NCBI GenBank assembly: GCA_038243585.1
Contig: JBBSQY010000009.1
Span: 10,858 to 74,857, forward strand
Origin: Candidatus Sumerlaeales bacterium
Lineage (GTDB): Bacteria; Sumerlaeota; Sumerlaeia; Sumerlaeales; Sumerlaeaceae
Length of the DNA stretch: 64,000 bases
Direction of reading: 5' to 3'
Shown here: in pieces, positions 1-9,254 of the stretch
Layout: every line of letters begins with the position of its first letter
Position numbering within the stretch: the first letter of the stretch is position 1
Notes under the pieces: generated by a model
The model's input: the letters and a program-made list of their open reading frames with translations, nothing else
What the model was told of the DNA's origin: nothing
The model's database searches: none
Made by a program: the position numbers and the translations under genes

Positions 1-1
1 G

Positions 2-1249
2 CTGTCCATTTCGCCGGAACAGATTCAGGAGCTGCGGGAGGTTGATCACTGGAAACAGGCCGCCGGTCCGTGGATTGCTGCCCATGATGCGGTGGCCCGG
101 CTTCAGGGGGATTTGATCGAAACCAGGGAGGCGGCTGTTCCGCTGATTGCGCTGGTCGATCCGGATGTTGTAGCGGATGACCTTCAGGGAGAGCATATCG
201 GCTCGGCCATTGCCCGGATGGAGAAGTATTTTCGGCTGAGCGGCAGCCTTTCTGCCGGCCATGAAAAAGCGGACAACTTGCGCGCGGAAAATGAGCGACT
301 GCAGGCTGACTTCCACACGAAGGACGAAGCGCTAGTGGCACTGGTGCAATGCCCGCAGACGGATGATCTGCCCGGGCTGGAGGAAAAGGCACAGGGTTAT
401 TTGACCGGGTGTGAAAAGGCGCTTCAGCTCCAGACTTTGCGTCGGGAGTATGGGGCGGTGCAGGGGATGACCGAGGAGGAAGCGGCTGCCCTGCAAACGG
501 ATATGGATAGCCTTGGCCAGGGAATCGAAGCTGCGCTTGCTAAGAACCCGGAGGTTCTGGATGACGGAACGCAGCCCGGACTTCGGGCGGAGGAACTGGA
601 AAGGAATCTGGTTCAGGCGCGGCGGGATCGGGATAGTTTGAAAGAGCGGCGCAACGTCGGATTCAGGAACGCGGAAAAAGCGGTAGAGGAGTGGCGCACT
701 AAAGGTCCGGTTATCGATGAGGAGTTGGCGCTGGTGGAAGGCTACCTTGCCAAAGCCACGGATTTCGGCAAGGCCTGCGAACTGGCTCATGGTGAAATGG
801 CAAATATCGCGGAGCAGGTTTATACGCAGTGGGCAATGGCGCTGAATGAACGGGTAAACAGGATTTTGCCGCTGGTGAACAATCGATACAGCGAGGTGGC
901 CCTGAGCCCGGAACTTGAGATCAGCGTGTTTAGTAAAGAGGCGGGACGCCGGTTGGAAACCCGCGAAGTGCAGCATCTCAGCAAGGGCGCGCGCGATCAG
1001 CTTTTGCTTGCTATGCGCATCGCTATCGCAGAGTATCTGTCTGCCCATGTCGGTAATCTGCCGCTGGCGCTGGATGAACCTTTTGCCCATTGGGACGATC
1101 AGCGGTTTGTGGAAGGAATGCGGTTCCTGACGCGGCTGTCGGAAACCCACCAGGTGATTCTGCTGTCGTGTCACAGCTGGCGCTACGCGCAGCTGCGTGA
1201 GACGGCACCGGAGATTTATAAGTCGGTGGTGTTTAATAAAGTCGGTTGA
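2..1249 (+). CDS. SMC/SbcC-like (YhaN-type) AAA ATPase, C-terminal part; 5' end lies outside the window
   Basis: The frame is open from nt 2 with no upstream stop, so the GTG at 92 in the ORF track is not the true start. A long coiled-coil-like Glu/Leu/Ala-rich stretch is followed by an ABC/SMC signature and D-loop (LSKGARDQLLLAMRIAIAEYL...LPLALDEPFAHWDDQRF...VILLSCH). Confidence 0.6.
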   Translation: MSISPEQIQELREVDHWKQAAGPWIAAHDAVARLQGDLIETREAAVPLIALVDPDVVADDLQGEHIGSAIARMEKYFRLSGSLSAGHEKADNLRAENERLQADFHTKDEALVALVQCPQTDDLPGLEEKAQGYLTGCEKALQLQTLRREYGAVQGMTEEEAAALQTDMDSLGQGIEAALAKNPEVLDDGTQPGLRAEELERNLVQARRDRDSLKERRNVGFRNAEKAVEEWRTKGPVIDEELALVEGYLAKATDFGKACELAHGEMANIAEQVYTQWAMALNERVNRILPLVNNRYSEVALSPELEISVFSKEAGRRLETREVQHLSKGARDQLLLAMRIAIAEYLSAHVGNLPLALDEPFAHWDDQRFVEGMRFLTRLSETHQVILLSCHSWRYAQLRETAPEIYKSVVFNKVG

Positions 1250-1358
1250 TGCCGGGGTGTGGTATTGCGTTGTGGACATTACCTTTTTGTCGTGGGTTGC
1301 TCGTCTTACTTCAGCAATGAGTGGCCGCTGATTTAATTTCCAGGTTTTAGGAGAACTC

Positions 1359-3314
1359 ATGTCCCGTGGATTACTATTTGTCGCAGTCGCGATCGCTGCC
1401 GGTTTTTGCGGGGCTGAGGAAGTGCCTCTGAGTTCGCTTAACCTCAAGCTTATGAGACAGGGGTATGGCCAGCCGCAAATTAATAAGTCTTTTGACGGCA
1501 CGTCCCTGACCATTGCCGGACGCACATTTGAGCGGGGCGTGGGAACTCATGCACCTGGCCGGATGTATATTGAACTGGATGGCAAGGCAGAGCGGTTTCA
1601 CGCATGGGTGGGGGTCGACGCAACGGCTGAGGCTGCCGGGTCGGTGGAGTTTGAGGTGATGGGCGACGGCAGGCAACTTTTTAAATCCGGCGTAATGAAA
1701 TCCGATACTGCGGCCATAGAGGTCAGTGTCCCATTGGCCGGCGTAAATCTGCTGACCCTAAAAGTGGGCGATGCCGGCGACGGGCAGAAATTTGACCATG
1801 CGGACTGGGCCGACTCAATAATCGTCACGTCGGGCACGAAGCCTGAAGTCGTTGTTGTTCCGTCGGAGCCGAAGATTATTCTCACGCCAAAGCCAGGTCC
1901 TGAGCCGCGAATTAACGCGCCGGTGGTGTATGGCTGTCGCCCGGGAAATCCGTTTCTTTATCGTATTCCGGCGACTGGAACGCGGCCTATGACTTTTAAG
2001 GCGGACGCGCTACCGCCAGGTCTGTCACTTGATGCTTCTTCCGGTATCGTTTCTGGCGTCGCTCCTGTTGCGGGAGACCATGACGTTGTTTTTCATGCTT
2101 CAAATTCTGATGGCTCTACCAGTAAGTCATTCACTATCAAAAGCGGCGACACCATTTCGCTTACGCCTTATATGGGGTGGAACCATTGGTATGCTCATTA
2201 CCAAAACATCTCTGACAAGAAAATGAGAGAGGCGGCCGACGCGATGGTGAGCAACGGCATGGCGGATTTTGGTTATGCTTATGTTGCCATTGATGACTGC
2301 TGGTCCCGTAAGCCTGGATCGGATGATCCGGCGCTGATGGGTGAGCCTCGGGATGAGAAGGGAAATATCCTGACTAATCAGCACTTCCCCGACATGAAAG
2401 GTCTGACAGACTACATACACGCCAAGGGATTGAAGGCGGGCATTTATAGTTCACCGGGCCCGCTTACCTGCGAAAATTTCGCAGCGTCATACAATTTTGA
2501 GGCGCAGGATGCTCGGCAGTTCGCAGAGTGGGGATTTGATCTGCTTAAATATGACTGGTGTACGTACGGCAAAGTCGCCGGTCGAAATCCCAGCCTCGAG
2601 GAGCTGAAAAAGCCATACGAAATTATGGGTCCGTTAGTTAAAGGGCAAGATCGGGATATAATTTTTAATCTTTGCCAGTATGGCAGGGGCAACGTGTGGC
2701 AGTGGGGCGCAGATGTGAAGGGGCAGTCATGGCGCACGTCTGGTGATCTCGGGTTTGCCCTTGATCAGATTTTTCAGGTTGCCGCTAAAAATGTGACGCA
2801 CCGGGCGTGGAACGGACCAGGCCGCTGGAACGATCCAGATTATCTGCAAATCGGATTTATCGGGGGCAACAAGATGAGCAACACGCTTATGCCTGCTCCG
2901 TTGACCCCGACAGAACAGTACTCGTTTATGTCGCTGTGGTGTCTGATGGCTTCGCCGCTGGTCTATAGCGGAGACATAACACGGATGGACGAGTTTACGT
3001 TGAACGTGTTGTGTAATGCCGAGGTGATCGAGGTAAATCAGGATCCGCTGGGGCAGTGTGCCGCAATTGCCGATCTGGGCGATGAATCTTTTCTGCTGGT
3101 AAAGGAAATGGCCGACGGAAGCAAGGCGGTAGGCTTGTGCAACGGTAGCGAGACCACAGCAACGTTAACGGCGGAGTGGAGCGTTATCGGGGTGGAAGGT
3201 GAGCAACGGGTCAGGGACCTGTGGATTCAAAAAGATATCGGCACGTTTGATTTGAAATTCGAGGCGGACGTCCCTCGCCACGGGGTGAAATTTGTTCGAC
3301 TGTTTAAGGAGTAG
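1359..3314 (+). CDS. Secreted alpha-galactosidase: NPCBM domain + Ig-like domain + GH27 catalytic domain
   Basis: AGGAG lies 6 nt upstream of the ATG, and the N-terminus is a signal peptide (MSRGLLFVAVAIAAGFCGA). NPCBM-like block: GRTFERGVGTHAPGRMYIELDG...VGVDA...GSVEFEVMGDG...DHADWADSII. He_PIG-like motif: PPGLSLDASSGIVSG. GH27 motifs: PYMGWNHWY, VAIDDCW, LLKYDWC. Confidence 0.85.
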   Translation: MSRGLLFVAVAIAAGFCGAEEVPLSSLNLKLMRQGYGQPQINKSFDGTSLTIAGRTFERGVGTHAPGRMYIELDGKAERFHAWVGVDATAEAAGSVEFEVMGDGRQLFKSGVMKSDTAAIEVSVPLAGVNLLTLKVGDAGDGQKFDHADWADSIIVTSGTKPEVVVVPSEPKIILTPKPGPEPRINAPVVYGCRPGNPFLYRIPATGTRPMTFKADALPPGLSLDASSGIVSGVAPVAGDHDVVFHASNSDGSTSKSFTIKSGDTISLTPYMGWNHWYAHYQNISDKKMREAADAMVSNGMADFGYAYVAIDDCWSRKPGSDDPALMGEPRDEKGNILTNQHFPDMKGLTDYIHAKGLKAGIYSSPGPLTCENFAASYNFEAQDARQFAEWGFDLLKYDWCTYGKVAGRNPSLEELKKPYEIMGPLVKGQDRDIIFNLCQYGRGNVWQWGADVKGQSWRTSGDLGFALDQIFQVAAKNVTHRAWNGPGRWNDPDYLQIGFIGGNKMSNTLMPAPLTPTEQYSFMSLWCLMASPLVYSGDITRMDEFTLNVLCNAEVIEVNQDPLGQCAAIADLGDESFLLVKEMADGSKAVGLCNGSETTATLTAEWSVIGVEGEQRVRDLWIQKDIGTFDLKFEADVPRHGVKFVRLFKE

Positions 3315-3465
3315 GAGAGGGCGGAAGTTGAACGGTCAGATTTTAACTTTCCTTCAACTTGCTGTGTCCGGCCACGTTTGACTTATACAAAAGGACGGAT
3401 AGAAATGGCTATCCTGCCTGCCTATGGATTCGCTGCCTTATCACTGTGATGAACTATAGGTCTGG

Positions 3466-5445
3466 CTAAACCTTACGCTTAAACTGCTTGTCCAGTTGGT
3501 CGCGGGTCATTAGAACCATGGTGGGGCGACCGTGGGGGCAGGTGAAGCCAAGTCGTGCGTTTGCAATGTCGCGGATAAGGGCGCGCATTTCGTCTATGTG
3601 GAGTTGGGCTCCGGCTTTCACGGCGGCGCGGCAGGCCATGCGAGTGATGATGCGGTCGCGCAGCACCTCCACCTGTTCCACTTTTCCAAGGGATTCAAAG
3701 TCGTCCAGCAGATCGGCTATGACCCCGGCAACGTTCATATTTGGCAGATCGGCGGGAACCGTATGCACCAGGTAGGTTTGCCCGCCAAAATGATCGATGT
3801 GGAGACCGAGGGCCTCGAACTCCGGCAACAGGCGCGTCATATAGGAGACGGCTCCGGCGGGAATATCCAGGCTGACGGGGATGAGTAGCGGCTGGGATTG
3901 AACGGATTGGCGGCGGCGGCTAAATTTGAGATAGAGCAGGCGCTCGTGGGCTGCATGCTGGTCTATCATGAGAAGGTCGTGGCCCATCTGGGCGAGAATA
4001 TAGCACCGGGCGATCTGGCCGAGGGGTTCCGGGTAGACGCCGCCGCGGAGCAGGGCGTAATTAACGGCGTCTTCGGGGGCGTCGTCCATTCGGCGAAGAC
4101 TGCTCTGAAGAGGGCGGACGCTGCATGGGGAGTCATCTGTCTGGTCCGTATGGTCCATCTGGTCAGGCTGCTCGGACAGGTCCGACTCTAGCGGCGCGGC
4201 TGCTGGGTTTGCAACGCCGGGTGATTCCTGGGGCAGCGGCACCGGGGTTCGCGGTCTGGTGAACGCGCTGAAATCCACTGGTATTGTCGACAGCGGAACA
4301 CGGGTGGAAAGCGGACCCATATCGGGCAGCATATCAGGCTGTTGAGGGATACCGCGAAAAGTTTGCGGATTGACAGTGGGTGACGCAGGCCAGGGTCCGG
4401 GTTCGGCCAGGGCTGTCTTTTGCGACGGTTCACCCTCGTCGAACGTGACCGTGGGCATAAGGTTGGCGCGTTGCAGGCGGCCATGGACTACGCGGTGCAG
4501 CACGCCGTTAACGAGGCTCTCGCTGCGGAAACGCACTTCTTCTTTGGTCGGATGCACGTTAATGTCGACTTCGCCCGGGGGCAGGGTGATGTTCAGCACC
4601 GTGACGGGGTAGCGCTGAACCATAATAATGCCCTTGTAGGCCTGCTGTAAAACATAGGACATGGATCGGCTGCTGACGGGGCGACCGTTGACGAAGAAGT
4701 GTTGATGGCGGCGGTCTTTGCGGCTGGCAGCGGGGCGCAGCACGAAACCGGTGACGTGTACGCCATGGCGCTCCTCGTCTACATCCAAGAGGTGCTCTCG
4801 TACGCCGCTGCCGAGCAGAGTTGCTACCCGCTCAGACCATTCCTGCGCGGAGGGAAGATCGAGCATGGCGCGTTGTTCGTTAAGCACGGTAAAACCAAGG
4901 TCTGGCCTAATGAAGGCCTGGCGGGTTACCATTTGTAAAATCTGGTTAAGTTCGCCAGCGGGCGACTTTAGAAACTTCAGGCGGGGCGGCGTATTAAAGA
5001 ACAGATCCCGCACTCGCACCTCGGTGCCTTCGGGGGCTCCTGCGGTTTCAATGCGCGGCTCGCCCGGGCCTTCGGCGACTACGCGGGTACCGGCAACATC
5101 TCCCCGGCGACGGGTGAGGATCTGCACGCGCGCCACGCTGGCTATGCTTGCTAAAGCCTCGCCCCTGAAACCACGTGTGTCTAGATTATACAGGTCGTCG
5201 AATTCCGTGATCTTGCTGGTGGCGTGGCGCACGAGCGCGAGGGCGGCGTCGCCACGAGAGATGCCGTGGCCGTCGTCGCGGACGCTAATGTCGCGGCATC
5301 CGTTAGCGATCTCTATGGAAATGTGGGTGGCACCGGCGTCTATGGCGTTTTCCAACAACTCTTTGACAACGCTGGCAGGACGGACTATGACCTCGCCGGC
5401 GGCAATGCGATTGACTAGGAGCTCTGGTAATACCTGGATTGACAT
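3466..5445 (-). CDS. mutL: DNA mismatch repair protein MutL
   Basis: The GHKL ATPase N-terminus reads MSIQVLPELLVNRIAAGEVIVRPASVVKELLENAIDAGA...DDGHGI, and the C-terminal dimerisation region contains QHAAHERLLY. I chose the start at MSIQVL (5445) rather than the ORF-track M at 5466, by analogy with canonical MutL N-termini. Confidence 0.93.
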   Translation of the reverse strand: MSIQVLPELLVNRIAAGEVIVRPASVVKELLENAIDAGATHISIEIANGCRDISVRDDGHGISRGDAALALVRHATSKITEFDDLYNLDTRGFRGEALASIASVARVQILTRRRGDVAGTRVVAEGPGEPRIETAGAPEGTEVRVRDLFFNTPPRLKFLKSPAGELNQILQMVTRQAFIRPDLGFTVLNEQRAMLDLPSAQEWSERVATLLGSGVREHLLDVDEERHGVHVTGFVLRPAASRKDRRHQHFFVNGRPVSSRSMSYVLQQAYKGIIMVQRYPVTVLNITLPPGEVDINVHPTKEEVRFRSESLVNGVLHRVVHGRLQRANLMPTVTFDEGEPSQKTALAEPGPWPASPTVNPQTFRGIPQQPDMLPDMGPLSTRVPLSTIPVDFSAFTRPRTPVPLPQESPGVANPAAAPLESDLSEQPDQMDHTDQTDDSPCSVRPLQSSLRRMDDAPEDAVNYALLRGGVYPEPLGQIARCYILAQMGHDLLMIDQHAAHERLLYLKFSRRRQSVQSQPLLIPVSLDIPAGAVSYMTRLLPEFEALGLHIDHFGGQTYLVHTVPADLPNMNVAGVIADLLDDFESLGKVEQVEVLRDRIITRMACRAAVKAGAQLHIDEMRALIRDIANARLGFTCPHGRPTMVLMTRDQLDKQFKRKV

Positions 5446-5556
5446 AGGGTTAAGCAGGTGAAACAACGTTTGGACAAACTATATATGTGCTGCGAAAACT
5501 TCTCGGGTTGAAACCGTAAGTGCTAGCGGAGAATCCAGCTGACGCACCCAAGGCTA

Positions 5557-7386
5557 TCAGACGCTTTCTTCGGATTTGCGCTTCTCCGCGCGGGCGTCTT
5601 TCAACATTTGTTTAGCCTCTTCATGCTCAGGGTGCAAGGCGGATGCGATGGACAGGACATGAACCGCCTGCCGCCAATTCTTTTCGCTGACCGCGCGGCG
5701 CGCCTTTTCCATCTGATCGTTAAACATGCGCTCGGTGCGATCGTCCAGGGATTCGGATGACTGAACAGGTACTTCGATCTCTGCCGGATTTACAGGAGGT
5801 GCCACGTCCGGTGATTCCGCAGCCATGGCGCTCAGGGCGGCCGCCAGTGCGTCTTCTACAGAATCCTCTTCCTCTGCAGCCGCGGCTGGTGCGGGCGTAG
5901 GTTCAGCGACTTCGGGGACAGTCGCGGCGGGAGTGCTTATAGAAGACTCATCAGCGGGGCCGAATAACTCTTCAAAGGAAATTGACTGAGAATCACTATT
6001 CTCTTCCGCTATGGGGCGCTGACGGGCTGGGGGAGGAGTTCTTGTTTCTGTTTCCGGATTGCCTGCGTCTGGGGCTGAGACAAAGGTTGGCATAGTTTGC
6101 GAATTGAAATCGCTGTCGCCGGAATCGGAAAGCGAAGGTGACTCAATGGCGGCATCGGAATACGGCTTGTCTAACAAATTGGGCGACGCGTCTTGCCCTG
6201 GCAACGGTTGTGACCCAAAAATATCTTCCAGATCTACAGTGCCGGAGGACAGAGAAGGTGAAGATGCAGGAGTGGCATTACGACTTGGGGAAAGGGTCTG
6301 GGGCTCAACATCCGGCGCGGAAAGGATAACGGTCTCTTCACTTGGGAAGTGAGATAGCGGCGTTTGCTTCGTTGGGTTAAAGTCCATACCCATTGAATCA
6401 GAACCCAGAGGTTCTGCAGTCGCAGGCTCGACGGATTCTGCAGTGTCCTGCCCAGTGGGAGCTGGTTCGTCGTCGGCAAATATGTTGATCATGGCGTCTT
6501 CGTCGACTGGTTTAACGGGGGCCGGACGCGGCGGGGGAGCGGCTTGTTCTTCTTCCTCTTCCTCAAAAGTGTCAAAGGTCGGCACGGAATAGCCTTCCAT
6601 TCCACCGGAAAGAGCAGTGCCACCAGCCGCGCCCGAAGTGTAATCAGGAGGGGGAAAGTCCATGGACGGAGAGGAAGAAGCTAATTCCCCACCAGACAAG
6701 TCGTCACCTGTGCTATAGAGGCCTAAATCTTCAGGTTGGTCCCCGTTGATGCCCATCGGGTTAGTTGAGACGGAACCATAATTTGAATCATAAGAGGCTT
6801 CTTCGGAGTGGTTGCGGCGTTTTTTTAAAATGCTATAGATAACGAAGATAATTATGAGAGCCAGTGCCCCGAGCAGGCCATACCGCACCATCTCATTTTC
6901 CCATAATTCTTTTGCCTTTTCCACAATGCTTTCGTCTGCAGGGGACTCGTTGGCCGAGGATGGGTCCAGTTCCGCATTTGAGTAGTCTGGAGACGCTGGC
7001 GTAAAAGCAGGGGTGACATCAACAGGGGGTGGAGTTGCAGGTTCGGGGGATGCAACGACGCCCTGAACCTGCCCACGCTGTATCAGGCTTTGGTACATGG
7101 CAATATTAGGCGAGTTCGGATTGGCGCGTTTTGCGTTATCTAGAGCAGCCTGGGCTGCCGGATAATCCTGCCGGGCGATTGCCTGTCTCACCGGCTCAAG
7201 GGATTGTGCCGCCGGATCAGCCGCGCTTGGATCGGCGGGAACAGCAGGAGCTCCTAAAGCCGTCATAGGTACAGGGGTCTGCGCCGCCGGGGTAGGCATC
7301 TGGGCAGTGGTGACAGCCACGCACGATACAATTGTGCTAAGACTAACGATTTTGCGTAACAATTTATGCATTTCAGTAAGTTCCAT
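5557..7386 (-). CDS. Hypothetical bitopic membrane protein with a FimV/HubP-like layout: signal peptide, TPR-like periplasmic part, one TM helix, long acidic/Pro-rich disordered region, C-terminal TPR-like motif
   Basis: Signal-like N-terminus: LLRKIVSLSTIVSCVAVTTAQ. Single TM helix: YGLLGALALIIIFVIYSIL. This is followed by about 370 aa rich in Asp, Glu, Pro and Ser (FEEEEEEQAAPPPRPAP) and a C-terminal NWRQAVHVLSIASALHPEHEEAKQMLKDA. The start is uncertain (7386 or 7371). Confidence 0.7.
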   Translation of the reverse strand: MELTEMHKLLRKIVSLSTIVSCVAVTTAQMPTPAAQTPVPMTALGAPAVPADPSAADPAAQSLEPVRQAIARQDYPAAQAALDNAKRANPNSPNIAMYQSLIQRGQVQGVVASPEPATPPPVDVTPAFTPASPDYSNAELDPSSANESPADESIVEKAKELWENEMVRYGLLGALALIIIFVIYSILKKRRNHSEEASYDSNYGSVSTNPMGINGDQPEDLGLYSTGDDLSGGELASSSPSMDFPPPDYTSGAAGGTALSGGMEGYSVPTFDTFEEEEEEQAAPPPRPAPVKPVDEDAMINIFADDEPAPTGQDTAESVEPATAEPLGSDSMGMDFNPTKQTPLSHFPSEETVILSAPDVEPQTLSPSRNATPASSPSLSSGTVDLEDIFGSQPLPGQDASPNLLDKPYSDAAIESPSLSDSGDSDFNSQTMPTFVSAPDAGNPETETRTPPPARQRPIAEENSDSQSISFEELFGPADESSISTPAATVPEVAEPTPAPAAAAEEEDSVEDALAAALSAMAAESPDVAPPVNPAEIEVPVQSSESLDDRTERMFNDQMEKARRAVSEKNWRQAVHVLSIASALHPEHEEAKQMLKDARAEKRKSEESV

Positions 7387-7551
7387 TAGCTACCATTAAT
7401 TGGTTTTGGAGGGTATACTCAATTTTTTTGACTTTGAGCAGACCCTCCAAGGGAATGCAGATAGGCAAAACACCACCGGTTAAAACATGACGCAAGCAGA
7501 AATATGCCGAAACCATTTCAGGATGGGTGGCCGCAACGCAGCAGTACCCAA

Positions 7552-7580
7552 TAAAAAAGAGACCCGCAAATCTGCGGGCC
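7552..7580 (-). terminator. Intrinsic terminator downstream of the small peptide gene
   Basis: On the minus strand, the stem CCCGCA/TGCGGG with a 4-nt loop is followed by TCTCTTTTTTAT. It lies about 60 nt past the TAA at 7641. Confidence 0.6.
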
Positions 7581-7640
7581 TCAGGAATGTTACGATTTAA
7601 TCAGAACGAGAGACCGAGTCTACTCGTAGGTTAAAGTTTC

Positions 7641-7778
7641 TTATTTCTGTTCTGTCTTAGGTTTTTCGTCTTTAGGCGCGTCGCAGCCCTTTTTCTTTGA
7701 GCAGCAGTCTCCAGCGAAGCTGGCGGTTGCGAATGCAGAGATGATTGTGGCGATGGTCAACAGTCTTGCTAATTTCAT
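7641..7778 (-). CDS. Small secreted Cys-rich, Lys-rich peptide (45 aa); below the ORF-track length cutoff
   Basis: Hand translation of the minus strand gives MKLARLLTIATIISAFATASFAGDCCSKKKGCDAPKDEKPKTEQK*. A GGGAG Shine-Dalgarno sits 6 nt upstream of the ATG (AAAGGGAGTCACACATG). The N-terminus is a typical signal peptide with an ASFA/GD cleavage context, and a terminator lies downstream. Confidence 0.6.
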   Translation of the reverse strand: MKLARLLTIATIISAFATASFAGDCCSKKKGCDAPKDEKPKTEQK

Positions 7779-7922
7779 GTGTGACTCCCTTTTACATCTG
7801 GTTATTGGGATAACATTGCCACCATCGGTTTTGGTTATTCAAGCAAAATACAGCGGCATTAATCAAACTGACCGGCACGCAACGTGCGTCTATGGATGTT
7901 TTTTTACTACCGGGAGAACCTC

Positions 7923-9254
7923 ATGATCGCTACGCCTTCTACGTCTCAAACTAGTCCATCTACCAGCCGTGCAGCCTTTTTAAAAGGGCGTTATGATGAA
8001 ATCCGCAGAGCGACCGCAAGGCTTTGCGTAGGCCTGGAGGCGGAAGACTATGTGATCCAGTCCATGCCGGACTGCAGCCCGGCCAAATGGCATCTTGCCC
8101 ATACGACCTGGTTTTTCGAGACCTTTATCCTGAAGGAGGCTGATCCGGGTTATCAGCCGTTTCACCCTCAGTTCGCCTACCTTTTTAATTCCTACTACGT
8201 GCAGGCCGGAGAGCGCTGGCAACGCAGTCAGCGCGGCTTATTGTCCAGGCCCACGGTGCGCGAGATTTACGAATACCGCGACCATGTGGACAGGGCTATG
8301 GAGGAGTTTTTTGAGAGTGGAATTTCCGCGCGTATGGAAGAGGACAGTGCCCGGCTACTGACGCGGGTGGAGATCGGCCTTCAACATGAGCAGCAACACC
8401 AGGAACTGCTGGTGACGGATCTTAAGAATCTTTTTTCTCTTAACCCGCTCAGACCTGCGCTGAAGATGGACATAACCGCTGCGCCGTCGCAGGGGGTTGC
8501 GGTATTGGGATGGGTCAAATTTGACGAAGCTGTGCGTAAAATCGGCTATGATGGAGATGGTTTCTTTTATGATAATGAAAAGCCGCTTCATCATGAGCTT
8601 GTTCCGGCGTTTGAACTCGCGACGCGCACTATAACCTGCGGCGAATACATGGAGTTTATGGAAGACGCGGGCTACAGCCGGCCTGAGCTTTGGCTGTCAC
8701 TGGGATGGGCCGCCGTTGAGGAGAACGGCTGGACGGCTCCGCTATACTGGGAACAGGAGCCTGATGGCGAACCGGGTCAGTGGCAAATGTTTACCGCCAC
8801 TGGAATGCGGGCGGTGGACCCCAGCGAGCCGGTAACCCATATCAGCTTTTTTGAAGCAGACGCTTATGCCCGCTGGCGGGGGTGTGACCTGCCAACGGAG
8901 GCTATGTGGGAGAGTGCATGCCTGCAATCTGAAAATACACCAGAATCGGGGCATTTTGTGGAGGACGGCGACCTGCACCCTGTTGCCGCAGTTGCGACTG
9001 GGGGGCTGGATCAGATGTTTGGAAATGTGTGGGAGTGGACCGCGAGTCCCTACGTCGCCTATCCTGGACATAGAGCGCCTTCGGGAGCACTTGGAGAGTA
9101 CAACGGCAAATTCATGTGCAACCAGATGGTTCTGCGGGGCGGAAGTTGTGTAACTCCACGTTCTCACATCCGTGCCACTTATCGCAACTTTTTCCCGCCG
9201 GAATCGCGCTGGCAATTCTCTGGCATCCGTCTGGCGAAGGTGATATCATTATGA
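7923..9254 (+). CDS. egtB: Ergothioneine biosynthesis sulfoxide synthase EgtB (DinB_2 + FGE-sulfatase domains)
   Basis: Motifs: KWHLAHTTWFFETF, GLQHEQQHQELLVTDLK, FGNVWEWTASPYVAYPGH, LRGGSCVTP. I chose the start at MIATPS (7923), which has GGGAGAA upstream. Confidence 0.85.
   Translation: MIATPSTSQTSPSTSRAAFLKGRYDEIRRATARLCVGLEAEDYVIQSMPDCSPAKWHLAHTTWFFETFILKEADPGYQPFHPQFAYLFNSYYVQAGERWQRSQRGLLSRPTVREIYEYRDHVDRAMEEFFESGISARMEEDSARLLTRVEIGLQHEQQHQELLVTDLKNLFSLNPLRPALKMDITAAPSQGVAVLGWVKFDEAVRKIGYDGDGFFYDNEKPLHHELVPAFELATRTITCGEYMEFMEDAGYSRPELWLSLGWAAVEENGWTAPLYWEQEPDGEPGQWQMFTATGMRAVDPSEPVTHISFFEADAYARWRGCDLPTEAMWESACLQSENTPESGHFVEDGDLHPVAAVATGGLDQMFGNVWEWTASPYVAYPGHRAPSGALGEYNGKFMCNQMVLRGGSCVTPRSHIRATYRNFFPPESRWQFSGIRLAKVISL

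Noticed and set aside
332-1525. A 397-aa ORF on the minus strand, antisense to the SMC-like ATPase gene and running into the alpha-galactosidase start.
   Set aside because: It is a shadow ORF of a GC-rich gene. The composition is Arg/Leu/Pro/Gln-rich with no motifs. It overlaps two well-supported plus-strand genes, including their SD and signal peptide region.
3405-3449. A 14-codon hydrophobic mini-ORF (MAILPAYGFAALSL) with AAGGA upstream, in the spacer between the convergent alpha-galactosidase and mutL genes.
   Set aside because: It is too short to evaluate, has no downstream gene to regulate, and such ORFs are expected by chance.
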